Virus record (IMG/VR): IMGVR_UViG_3300045988_106278
Location: 1 to 64,000 of that record
Length of the DNA: 64,000 bases
Reading direction: 5' to 3' (one strand)
Source: a virus
Shown here: in pieces, positions 16,706-25,293 of the stretch
Position numbering within the stretch: position 1 is the first letter of the stretch
Layout: each line of letters opens with the position of its first letter
Notes under the pieces: generated by a model
What the model was told of the DNA's origin: nothing
The model's input: only the letters and a program-made list of their open reading frames with translations
Database searches by the model: none
Program-made: the position numbers and the translations under genes

Positions 16706-17060
16706 CCAATTTGGGGGATACCTATATAGTCGCGAATATTATAGGGCAGATTGATAAGAAACGGAAACAATAAGCTGGGGTAATTCTAGTAACCCCCAGG
16801 AATTTGTAAACGAAAGTTTTAAAGTACGTTAGATTCGTAAATCCCCCACTGCGAAGTTTCAATCGTTGTACCTAATTAGGGAAAAGAGAAGTTACCTACA
16901 TAATCCGGAGTATGTAGGACAGGTGATAAGGCGAAACATGATTATTATCTAAGTAGCTGAAGTACGTTCGATTCGTATTACTTCTCCAAAGTCTTTGATG
17001 GACTGAAATGCCAGGTTTCATAGGAGTATATTAGCTAATTAGTTAGTATACTCCTTTTTA
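16706..17060 (+). ncRNA. Candidate structured non-coding RNA or regulatory region (ORF-less, ~350 nt) ending in a terminator
   Basis: A long-range GGGGG/CCCCC stem spans 16713-16800. A duplicated hairpin aagtacgtt(a/c)gattcgta sits at about 16826 and 16957. Terminator at 17023-17060. Confidence 0.3.
17023..17060 (+). terminator. Rho-independent terminator
   Basis: ggagtata ttagctaattagt tagtatactcc ttttta. Confidence 0.65.
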
Positions 17061-17087
17061 TGTTTAAGTATTTTAAAGATTAAGTTT

Positions 17088-17543
17088 ATGTGTTTTATTA
17101 AGACAAAAGAAAGTAAATTATTAATAGCAAAAAGAGATATTACAGTTTATAAAGTAGGAGTATATGCAGATGTACAAATGTTTACACCGTACTTTATGAC
17201 TGATTATTGTTATAGAAGAAAAGCACTTGCTAATCAAACTGTAACATTTAATAAAAACTCTATTAACATAGGTTTACATAGTGTATTATCTTTAGAAGGT
17301 TGTTATGCATCATTAATTGGCTGTATACGTTTTTTCTCTAATGGGAGTCGCATTCCTTTTATTGTTGTAAATGTTTTATGTAATCATGTTTATATAGGAA
17401 AATTTATTATTCCAAGAGATAGTTTATATATGGTTAATTCTCATAATGAAGTAGTATCTAATAGGCTTATTTATACAGGTGAATTTAAATACATTAATAA
17501 GAATGAAAATTTTAATATTAAAGAATTATGGAAAGAAAATTAG
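17088..17543 (+). CDS. MCW-family paralog, copy 5 (starts MCF; 151 aa)
   Basis: Carries VYKVG and IGKFIIPRDSLYMVNSHNEVVSNRLIYTGEF. Confidence 0.55.
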   Translation: MCFIKTKESKLLIAKRDITVYKVGVYADVQMFTPYFMTDYCYRRKALANQTVTFNKNSINIGLHSVLSLEGCYASLIGCIRFFSNGSRIPFIVVNVLCNHVYIGKFIIPRDSLYMVNSHNEVVSNRLIYTGEFKYINKNENFNIKELWKEN

Positions 17544-17755
17544 GTGAAATATTTACTTATAATGGTAAAATGTATCAGGTAGTAAAATCTGATATATGTG
17601 AGAATTGTGCATTTAGAGAGAACGATTGTAGTATTCTGAGATAAAAAAATTTAGACCTGATTGTAAAGTGGCTATCGATTACTTGAATAAAGTAATAGAT
17701 AAACTTAAATATGAAGATATAATATACAATATGTTTTATTAAAATTAAGTAGATT

Positions 17756-18742
17756 ATGGAACAGAAACTTAATATAGCAGAAATCTTGAAGAATAAACCA
17801 AGGGGTACTAAATTGTATTCTATGATTCATGGTAAATGTAGTTTTGAAGCAGTAACAGATGAAATTTTTAAAATAAACTTCTGTACTTCAAAATTTGGTT
17901 TAACACAATCTGGAGAATGTACCTTAATTAAATTTGGTAATATGTATGATGGTGGAGAATGTATTATCTTCCCATCTAAGGAAATGCGTGATTGGTCTAA
18001 GTTCCAATGGGAAAAAGGTGATGTACTGATAAGTAATGATGGTGGCACAGAGGTTATCTTTGACGAATGGTACGATGATACTTATACAAGTTTTTATTGT
18101 AAGCATTACCTTAACAGTGAAGATAAGAATAAAATCGTATATTACGAAGAATTCTTATGCACAACTGAAAGATATTCCCTTGAAGATAAGGATATTGCTC
18201 AGACCTACATTAACACCATAGAGAAGCGTTTGGATGGCAAGCTCAATCTTGAAACTTTGGAGATTGAAAAGCAACCAAAGTTCAAGGATGGAGATATACT
18301 TAGTTGTAATGAAGGTTCATTTACAAGACATACAACTTTAATACTTCATAAGGATGAAAATATAACAGAATCAATAGTTTCTTTGATTAGACATAAGAAC
18401 CTTGTTGAAACTAATGTACCTATAGATAATTTTCTTCTTTCAAGACTTTATCCTGCTAGAGAAGATGAAAAGAAAGAACTTTTTGATGCCCTTGCAAAAG
18501 GAGGAAAAGCTTGGGATGCTGAGAAGAAAATAATTGTTAACTTGAAGCATAAGTGCGAGTTTAAGCCATTCGATAAAGTATTGGGACGAAATGAGAAAGA
18601 TGATGTATGGGAAGCTGACCTCTTTTCTCATTATAGAAAAGAATCACAATATCCTTTTCGGTGTATCGGATGTAGTCGTAAGTATTGTATTCCTTACGAA
18701 GGTAATGAACATCTTCTAGGCATAAGAAATAATCCTGAATAG
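17756..18742 (+). CDS. Hypothetical protein (328 aa)
   Basis: ORF track. Confidence 0.55.
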   Translation: MEQKLNIAEILKNKPRGTKLYSMIHGKCSFEAVTDEIFKINFCTSKFGLTQSGECTLIKFGNMYDGGECIIFPSKEMRDWSKFQWEKGDVLISNDGGTEVIFDEWYDDTYTSFYCKHYLNSEDKNKIVYYEEFLCTTERYSLEDKDIAQTYINTIEKRLDGKLNLETLEIEKQPKFKDGDILSCNEGSFTRHTTLILHKDENITESIVSLIRHKNLVETNVPIDNFLLSRLYPAREDEKKELFDALAKGGKAWDAEKKIIVNLKHKCEFKPFDKVLGRNEKDDVWEADLFSHYRKESQYPFRCIGCSRKYCIPYEGNEHLLGIRNNPE

Positions 18743-18854
18743 TACAACCTCCACGACACAGAATGAGCGAAAGTAAGTTAAGGCTTTATGCCCATATACC
18801 TTCTTAGCCCCAGAACAATACTGGTCGTGGAGGTCACTATAAAACTTAAAAAAT

Positions 18855-19217
18855 ATGATAGATAAGAAAATAGAAGAAGCTGCACGACGCAATGCTGATA
18901 AATACAGAAATTATCCAACTCTGTCCGATGAAGATAGAGATAAAGTTAGCATAGGCTCTTTTATGGATTGTGCTAAGTGGATGCGAGAAGAGTTCTTGAA
19001 GGACTTGTGGCATCATGTTAGCGAAAAGCCAAACATTAAGCAAGGAGAATGTTGTGTTACATGTTTGGTTAAGTTTAAAAATGAAAGTACGGAATTATGT
19101 GTATATTTCCGTAATCCAGAAGGATGGGTATGTGATGATATGAGTCCTAAAGATTTTAAAAGAAATTTTAAGGGATGGCTTTATATTGATGATTTACTTC
19201 CAAAGAAAGGAGATTAA
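18855..19217 (+). CDS. Hypothetical protein (120 aa), GC-richer segment
   Basis: ORF track. Local GC is above the genome background, with a 10-bp inverted repeat CCTCCACGAC/GTCGTGGAGG upstream. Confidence 0.5.
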   Translation: MIDKKIEEAARRNADKYRNYPTLSDEDRDKVSIGSFMDCAKWMREEFLKDLWHHVSEKPNIKQGECCVTCLVKFKNESTELCVYFRNPEGWVCDDMSPKDFKRNFKGWLYIDDLLPKKGD

Positions 19218-19218
19218 T

Positions 19219-19449
19219 ATGAGTGGATTATTATCAATGATTGGCATGCAAACTGAATTGAACTATCTAATAGGCGATTTCCCTGCATGCTTTGGAAGTA
19301 CACCATTAGCTATTCCGAAAGGCAACATTCCCTCTGACAATCAGAAGTGTCAGTCAAAGGCACAGCATGAGTTTACCATCAAGGGGATAAAAGTTATGGC
19401 TGCTTCTAAGAAAGATGCCATCAAAAAGTTTAATCATCGTAAAAAGTAA
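19219..19449 (+). CDS. Hypothetical protein (76 aa)
   Basis: ORF track 19186..19449, trimmed to the internal Met (MSGLLSMIG) to avoid overlap with the upstream gene. Confidence 0.4.
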   Translation: MSGLLSMIGMQTELNYLIGDFPACFGSTPLAIPKGNIPSDNQKCQSKAQHEFTIKGIKVMAASKKDAIKKFNHRKK

Positions 19450-19454
19450 AGCGT

Positions 19455-19841
19455 ATGAAACATAAGTTTACGGTTGTCAGTGAATCTAATGATGATTCAG
19501 AGGAAAGAGAAGTAGAAAGGAATGCAGAAAGATGGCTAGAAATTATTAGATCTTTTATAGATAAAAGGGACAAATTAAATGTAAGACGCGATGAGCTACT
19601 TCAAGAAATGAAACAATTTCAAGAAGACTATATTAAAGCCTTGCCTGTTAAAATTGGAGATAAGATTATGGATGAGGATGGACGTGTAGGTCAGCTTTCC
19701 AGAATAGTTCCATATCGTTCACCATCGGAAAGGTTTATGTGTGCGACATTGAGTTTGACCCTTTTATTTCATATGGAGAAAAAAGATGGTACTTATGACA
19801 ATCGTGAAGTTTATGTTCATGGTTTTCCAATCAAATTATAA
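19455..19841 (+). CDS. Hypothetical protein (128 aa)
   Basis: ORF track. Confidence 0.5.
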   Translation: MKHKFTVVSESNDDSEEREVERNAERWLEIIRSFIDKRDKLNVRRDELLQEMKQFQEDYIKALPVKIGDKIMDEDGRVGQLSRIVPYRSPSERFMCATLSLTLLFHMEKKDGTYDNREVYVHGFPIKL

Positions 19842-19846
19842 TTAAT

Positions 19847-20227
19847 ATGAACAGAAATCAAGCTAAAAAATTTTATCCTATTCTGCAAGCTTTTGCAGAA
19901 GGAGAGGCAATTGAGTGTAGGACAAAGCCGAGTGCATTAAGCAAAAGTTGGCAAGATATGAATGATTGGACGGAAATGAAAGAGATTGAGTTTTGGAATA
20001 ATACAGAATATCGCATCAAGCCAGAACCAAAGTATCGTCCATTCAAGAATGCAGAAGAGTGTTGGGCAGAAATGCAAAAGCATCAACCATTTGGATGGAC
20101 TAAACTAATAGGAGAAATCGAGTATAGTCTTATAACAGATGTTGATGATACTATTAATTATTCAGATGCTATTAAAGAATATACATTTGCAGATGGAACT
20201 CCATTTGGTATAAAAGAAGAGGAATAG
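19847..20227 (+). CDS. Hypothetical protein (126 aa)
   Basis: ORF track. Confidence 0.5.
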   Translation: MNRNQAKKFYPILQAFAEGEAIECRTKPSALSKSWQDMNDWTEMKEIEFWNNTEYRIKPEPKYRPFKNAEECWAEMQKHQPFGWTKLIGEIEYSLITDVDDTINYSDAIKEYTFADGTPFGIKEEE

Positions 20228-20229
20228 CT

Positions 20230-20496
20230 ATGGCAACATATAGAATAGTAGATATGTATCGTAAAAGCAAGGCTGTTAAAGGCATACATTACGATTCTTG
20301 GGATGAACCTATTCTTGCTTATCGGGTAGATAAAAGACATTCATTACTCTTTGGACTTATTCATTATTGGGAATATGGTGCAAATAATCTTTTCCCAGTG
20401 TGCTCGTTTTATTCGGTTAATGAAGCTGAGGAAGCTATCTTAAAAGCAGAGAATTTTCCAATAAAGAGTAAAAAAGTAACAATTTTATATAAATAA
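20230..20496 (+). CDS. Hypothetical protein (88 aa)
   Basis: ORF track. Confidence 0.45.
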   Translation: MATYRIVDMYRKSKAVKGIHYDSWDEPILAYRVDKRHSLLFGLIHYWEYGANNLFPVCSFYSVNEAEEAILKAENFPIKSKKVTILYK

Positions 20497-20525
20497 TTCA
20501 TGAATAAACAGATTTACATTCATCA

Positions 20526-20861
20526 TTGCTTTTTCTAATGATTAAATTGGAAGAGGCTAAAAACAATTCAATGTCTGATAAAAACTTTGTCGCTGCATTG
20601 ACCGATGTTCTCAGATATTTCCGTGATAATGGAGAATTAAAGAAAGCTTATGAAATCCAAAAGGATTCATTAACAAATATGGCTAATAGTCCTTGGGTGA
20701 AATTAGTAATTGGTATGTTCACTTCAAAAGTACAAGAAGATAAAGTTGATGTAGAGTTGCCTGACATTGATGCTCTAATAAAAGAAAATACTTCTGATGA
20801 GTTTATTGAAAGGAAAATCAACGATATTCTTGGGAATAATACAGAACTTAAAGAAGAATAA
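20526..20861 (+). CDS. Hypothetical protein (111 aa)
   Basis: ORF track. The true start may be an internal Met. Confidence 0.4.
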   Translation: MLFLMIKLEEAKNNSMSDKNFVAALTDVLRYFRDNGELKKAYEIQKDSLTNMANSPWVKLVIGMFTSKVQEDKVDVELPDIDALIKENTSDEFIERKINDILGNNTELKEE

Positions 20862-21161
20862 ATGATATTCTATAGATTTGGTGAAATTCCAGAAGATGCA
20901 TGTTCATCTATATGGAACAATAATAATGAAGTAATAGGTAAAGAAAAGGGTGTGTCTGTTTATGAAGCTCATAAAAATATAAATGGAACATACTCTCCTG
21001 TTCTTCCATTTCCAACAAATGAGATGGCATTTAATGATTTTATATATAATGTAAAATACTTTACTGGCAATAAATATCTAGTAACCGGTGATTTGTTAGA
21101 TGAAACTGGTACTGATGGTGAGCCATTAATTAAGAATGTAAAAATATTAAAAAAATTATAG
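20862..21161 (+). CDS. Hypothetical protein (99 aa)
   Basis: ORF track. Confidence 0.45.
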   Translation: MIFYRFGEIPEDACSSIWNNNNEVIGKEKGVSVYEAHKNINGTYSPVLPFPTNEMAFNDFIYNVKYFTGNKYLVTGDLLDETGTDGEPLIKNVKILKKL

Positions 21162-21163
21162 TT

Positions 21164-21568
21164 ATGGAAACAGAAAATATAAATAACTATTCGGAAATGT
21201 CTATTGAGGACTTGGAAAAACTTAAAATAAAGTTTCTAAGTCAAAGAGATAATTTAGAGAATATTATAGGAGAAATAATAAATAACATAAGAGCTAAAAA
21301 GATACAAGTTAGTAATCACGCTCTTAGAGAACATCCTTACTATAAAGATACAACATCTTATTTAAAAGTAGTTATCAATGATGGTACTGGATATACTGTA
21401 ACTAAAATCACTCCTGGTGGTAAATGTATAGGTATATACCAATTTAATGCAGATAATACTAACTTTTTAAAATATTATAAAATCTGCTCTCAATCTGAAT
21501 GGGAAAGTGCCATAGATAGACTTAATATATGGTTTAAAGATGCTAGTTTAAAAATTAAAAAGTTATGA
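21164..21568 (+). CDS. Hypothetical protein (134 aa)
   Basis: ORF track. Confidence 0.5.
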   Translation: METENINNYSEMSIEDLEKLKIKFLSQRDNLENIIGEIINNIRAKKIQVSNHALREHPYYKDTTSYLKVVINDGTGYTVTKITPGGKCIGIYQFNADNTNFLKYYKICSQSEWESAIDRLNIWFKDASLKIKKL

Positions 21569-21804
21569 TTAAAGCAACAGAAGCAAAGACTATATCTAGG
21601 TCTGCTGTATTAGACCCGCATATATTAGATCAAATAAACTTTGCTATAATTAAAGAAGCTAGTAAAGGTAATTATGCAGCTTGGATTGGTTCTATACTTC
21701 CGCCAACTAATGTTGACAAATATTATAATTACCTTAAAGAGTTAGGATTTGAGATTAGTCTTCGTTATAAGGGTGAACATGGAGTTTATGTAATTTGGGG
21801 TTAA
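21565..21804 (+). CDS. Hypothetical protein (79 aa)
   Basis: ORF track. Overlaps the previous gene by 4 nt (ATGA). Confidence 0.45.
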   Translation: MIKATEAKTISRSAVLDPHILDQINFAIIKEASKGNYAAWIGSILPPTNVDKYYNYLKELGFEISLRYKGEHGVYVIWG

Positions 21805-21826
21805 AAATAAAAAAAAATAAAAAAAT

Positions 21827-22036
21827 ATGAATAAACTTTGGATATTACCAACAATTTGTTTTATAATTGTTTTAGCTTGGTCAGTTCCTAGCTACTATTA
21901 TCAGAAAGCAAAAATTCTGGAATTGCAAATAATTGTAGATAGACAGTCAAATGCTATTCAGCAACTTGAAAAAGAGAAGAATAATACAGAAGTAACTATT
22001 CCTCAGTATTTAGATAGCCTGCCTGGAGGTGATTAA
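21827..22036 (+). CDS. Hypothetical membrane protein (69 aa)
   Basis: ORF track. TM helix LWILPTICFIIVLAWSV. Confidence 0.45.
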   Translation: MNKLWILPTICFIIVLAWSVPSYYYQKAKILELQIIVDRQSNAIQQLEKEKNNTEVTIPQYLDSLPGGD

Positions 22037-22145
22037 GTATCTATAATATGAATGCAGATATTCAATTTGTAATTCTATTCTTTATTATGATAGGAATATT
22101 AATTGTTTCTATGACTTTTTTATTGTATTATATAAGTTAATTGCT

Positions 22146-22772
22146 ATGTATTTAGAAGGAGATAAATGGAAAAATTGGCACACTAGATGTTCTGATGCTG
22201 CCATTAAAGAGAACAAAAGTGAAGAAGATACTAAACTAAGTACTATATCAGTGTCTAAATTACTTGAGTATGCACATACTGCATTGCATCATTGTGAGAT
22301 TAATAATTTAGACCCTTATAAAGTTCCAGTATTTCTTACATTAGAGCGTGATAATAATTTGTATTCTAATATTGGTTTAGGTATATGTTGTAGTAGTCAG
22401 TTAGGTACTTATGTAACTTTAGAGTCTTCAGATTATTATAAAATGTTCTATGTTGCTCCGGATTCTAAACCTGAAGTTGGTGAATATTGGAGAAGTAGAG
22501 GTGTAGGTTATGATTTATCTGGCTTTGTAGTATCTAAACTAGCTGGAGAACGTTTAACTAGATTAGTTAAATATGTACTAAATACAGATGAACCTCTGTC
22601 TCATCTAGATTACAGAGAATTTGAACCTAATTGGATTCAATTCAAGTTTCGAAAAGAAGAATTTAATCTGGAATTATTAGATAAACTTGCAATAGCAAAT
22701 GATAATATAGTTAATGAAGCTATATTAAGACAATGTATGATTAATGATACCAAAAAAGAGACAGATTTATAA
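22146..22772 (+). CDS. Hypothetical protein (208 aa)
   Basis: ORF track. Confidence 0.55.
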   Translation: MYLEGDKWKNWHTRCSDAAIKENKSEEDTKLSTISVSKLLEYAHTALHHCEINNLDPYKVPVFLTLERDNNLYSNIGLGICCSSQLGTYVTLESSDYYKMFYVAPDSKPEVGEYWRSRGVGYDLSGFVVSKLAGERLTRLVKYVLNTDEPLSHLDYREFEPNWIQFKFRKEEFNLELLDKLAIANDNIVNEAILRQCMINDTKKETDL

Positions 22773-23073
22773 TTTCTTTGACGATGGTAAATGTTCACCA
22801 AGTAGATTATATAAAGCTTATGTAAAGAAAGTAATTCCTTTTAATAAGGCTGATATACATCTAAAGATACATTTAGTAAATAGTGCTCTTAACTGTAGTT
22901 GGATATGGAATGGAGATACTGATTATTTTATAGGCTGTTACATTCCTAAGTACGACAATCATCTTATTTGGTTTACAAGAACTAAATATGGTACATGGTT
23001 CAGTATGGATATTCAATCTAATTGGCAAGGAGGATTATTAGATGTCAATAGAGATATTCAATTTAGTTTTTAA
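22744..23073 (+). CDS. Hypothetical protein (109 aa)
   Basis: ORF track. Confidence 0.45.
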   Translation: MIPKKRQIYNFFDDGKCSPSRLYKAYVKKVIPFNKADIHLKIHLVNSALNCSWIWNGDTDYFIGCYIPKYDNHLIWFTRTKYGTWFSMDIQSNWQGGLLDVNRDIQFSF

Positions 23074-23179
23074 CATTAATTAAGTTTTAAATTATGGGTA
23101 ATGAAGATAGAATAGATCCAGATGATTGGTACGATATGGGTTTTCCATATAGCCGAAGAATCAGAAGATATTAAAGAGT

Positions 23180-23612
23180 TCTAATTTAGGACTCTTTTAA
23201 GTATGGGGCTAAACTAGTATTTGATTGTCTAGGAGATAAGAAACACAGCAAGACAACTTGGATAGACAAGTAAAAAATTAATTGGCGAAGTAAATAACAC
23301 TTCCGCTTCTTACGCTATTGCAGCCTGAGAAGCCGAGCAGCACTTGCTTAGGAACAGAAAGGTGCACTATTCTTTCATTTCTTATAAGTTCTCTGTATAC
23401 TTTAGGAACAGAGTGGTGGAAGTTGACAATGTTAATCTTGTCAACCCTAACAGACAAGGATAGTCTTTAAAACCTATGCTGTAAGAACGTTTTGATGCAA
23501 ATAGGCAAGACGACGGGGCAGTACCGTCTAGCTCCACTAGTTCATAGAACTGTTTTTATTATTATTTGTTTTTAATCCCTGGGCTATTATAGTTCAGGGA
23601 TTTTTGTTTAAT
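23180..23612 (+). ncRNA. Candidate structured non-coding RNA (~430 nt; GC-rich island, ORF-less) ending in a rho-independent terminator
   Basis: No ORF. Direct repeats TTAGGAACAGA(A/G)(A/T)GGTG sit at about 23347 and 23400. Hairpins are GTTGACAA...TTGTCAAC and GACGG..CCGTC. Terminator ccctgg..caggg + T-run at 23577-23610. Confidence 0.35.
23577..23610 (+). terminator. Rho-independent terminator
   Basis: ccctgggctattatagttcaggg followed by atttttgttt. Confidence 0.6.
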
Positions 23613-23729
23613 TTTAACTGTTAATTATGGAAGAATATATTAATAACTCTATTAAAATAATTGATGATATGTTATACAACATAGACATTCTTATAAATTT
23701 ATTAAAGTAATTATTAAACATTTATCAAA

Positions 23730-25215
23730 ATGGGTAAACAAATTTGGTTGCAAGATGGCAACGTTTTTAGTCAGGGTAGTGCGACAACAGTATCTCATCC
23801 TGAAGGATTACCGAAAGGTATTTATGAAGTAAAAGTCTCAATGACTGGATTTTACTTAAGTAAAATCGCTGAGTCTTTTACGTTTGATTACAAACTGTAT
23901 GGTCTAAACCAAAAATTTATTGATTATGTCTTAAGGACATATGAGAACACTACAGGAAATTTAGGTGTTCTGCTAGATGGAATCAAAGGAACTGGTAAAA
24001 TTTAAGCAAATTCAGTAAGCTTAAATTTTTAAAAATTTTATATTTATTTGGATTAAAATTTTTAAAACTTGCCGTTCTAAACAGGAATGTTTAGAATTAT
24101 TAGCGGGTGAAAACGGGGAAGGCTGTGATGCTAATCCCGTGGTAAATGAAGATAGTAACGAATCTTCATCACTGTAACGCGTAGAAGTTGAAACTCTTAT
24201 AAGAGAATATAATACTTCCAAGAGCGCCCGCTCTCCCAATCATTTGAATGGAGAAAAAGGTACGCTGAGCTATAACAAATAAGAAGTTATAGAAATATAG
24301 ATAAAAAGCTATATGATAACAATACTGAAAACAGTTACCGCAAAGGAACTTTGTAATCGTTTACAGCTTCCTGTAGTCTTAGTACAATCAATGGGCAGTG
24401 ATACTAATAGTAAATTAATAAAATATTTATCTACATCTATTGATTTTGACTGTATCTTCTTCTTTGATGAATATGAGAAAGAATTTAAAAATTCTTCTGA
24501 TGTTCTTTCTTTCATGGATGGTACTTATAACTCTATTTATCGTAAGGTATTTTTACTTACTACTAATGAGTTAGATGTAGACCCAAATCTTCTTGGTAGA
24601 CCTTCTAGAATAAGATATAAAAAGTCTTTCAGTAATCTTTCTGAGGAAGTTACTAGAGAGATTCTTAATGATATCTTGGAAGATAAAACTGCCATAGAAA
24701 AGGTTATAGAGTTAACTCATTCTATGAATATTATTACTATAGACTTAATTAAAGCTATAGCAACTGAAATTAATATTCATGGAGTAGAAGTTCTTCCTAA
24801 TATTAAAGAAACCTTTAATATTGAATTCTCTAGATTTACTTATTTGTATAGAGAAGTACAAATCAGACATTGTGACTTGGAATTTACTCCTGAAAATATA
24901 AATAATATATTAAAAGCTTTTTATAAGTTTAAAGAAATTAAAAAGAAAGATTGGGAGAAACATACTAGTGAAGAAAGCAAATTCTATGATGAATGGTCTA
25001 CTAAGTTCAATGAGGATTATGGTTCCACTATTGAGGATAAAGAGTTAAAATATCTGGAACCTGGAGATTATTTTGAGGATGATCGTATATTGATGGTAAG
25101 TATTAAAGAAAAATATGTAGTAACTATGACTGATTATGGGAATATTAGAATATATATAATTAATAGTTGCTATTCTACAAGTAAAGCTACAGGTCTTGTA
25201 AATTACAAATTATAA
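23730..25215 (+). CDS. AAA+ ATPase interrupted by an ORF-less ~307-nt intron-like insertion (exon 1 23730-24001, exon 2 24309-25215)
   Basis: Exon 1 ends ...LLDGIKGTGK (Walker A GxxxxGK) and then hits a stop. Exon 2 begins ...ITILKTVTAKEL... with IFFFDEYE (Walker B) a little further on. Removing 307 nt joins the frames exactly. The insertion is GC-rich and structured, preceded by U and ending in G. Confidence 0.55.
24002..24308 (+). other. Putative self-splicing (group I-type) intron in the AAA+ ATPase gene
   Basis: 307 nt with no ORF. GC-rich core with a long-range GCGGG (24103)/CCCGC (24231) pairing and hairpins ttctaaaca..gtttagaa and tgaagat..atcttca. Boundaries are U|...G|. Confidence 0.45.
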
Positions 25216-25293
25216 AAAATAAATGCCCCCTTGGAATTAACATCAGTTAATTCTTAGATAGTTAATTTTTATTATTTAAACATTTACAAATTT

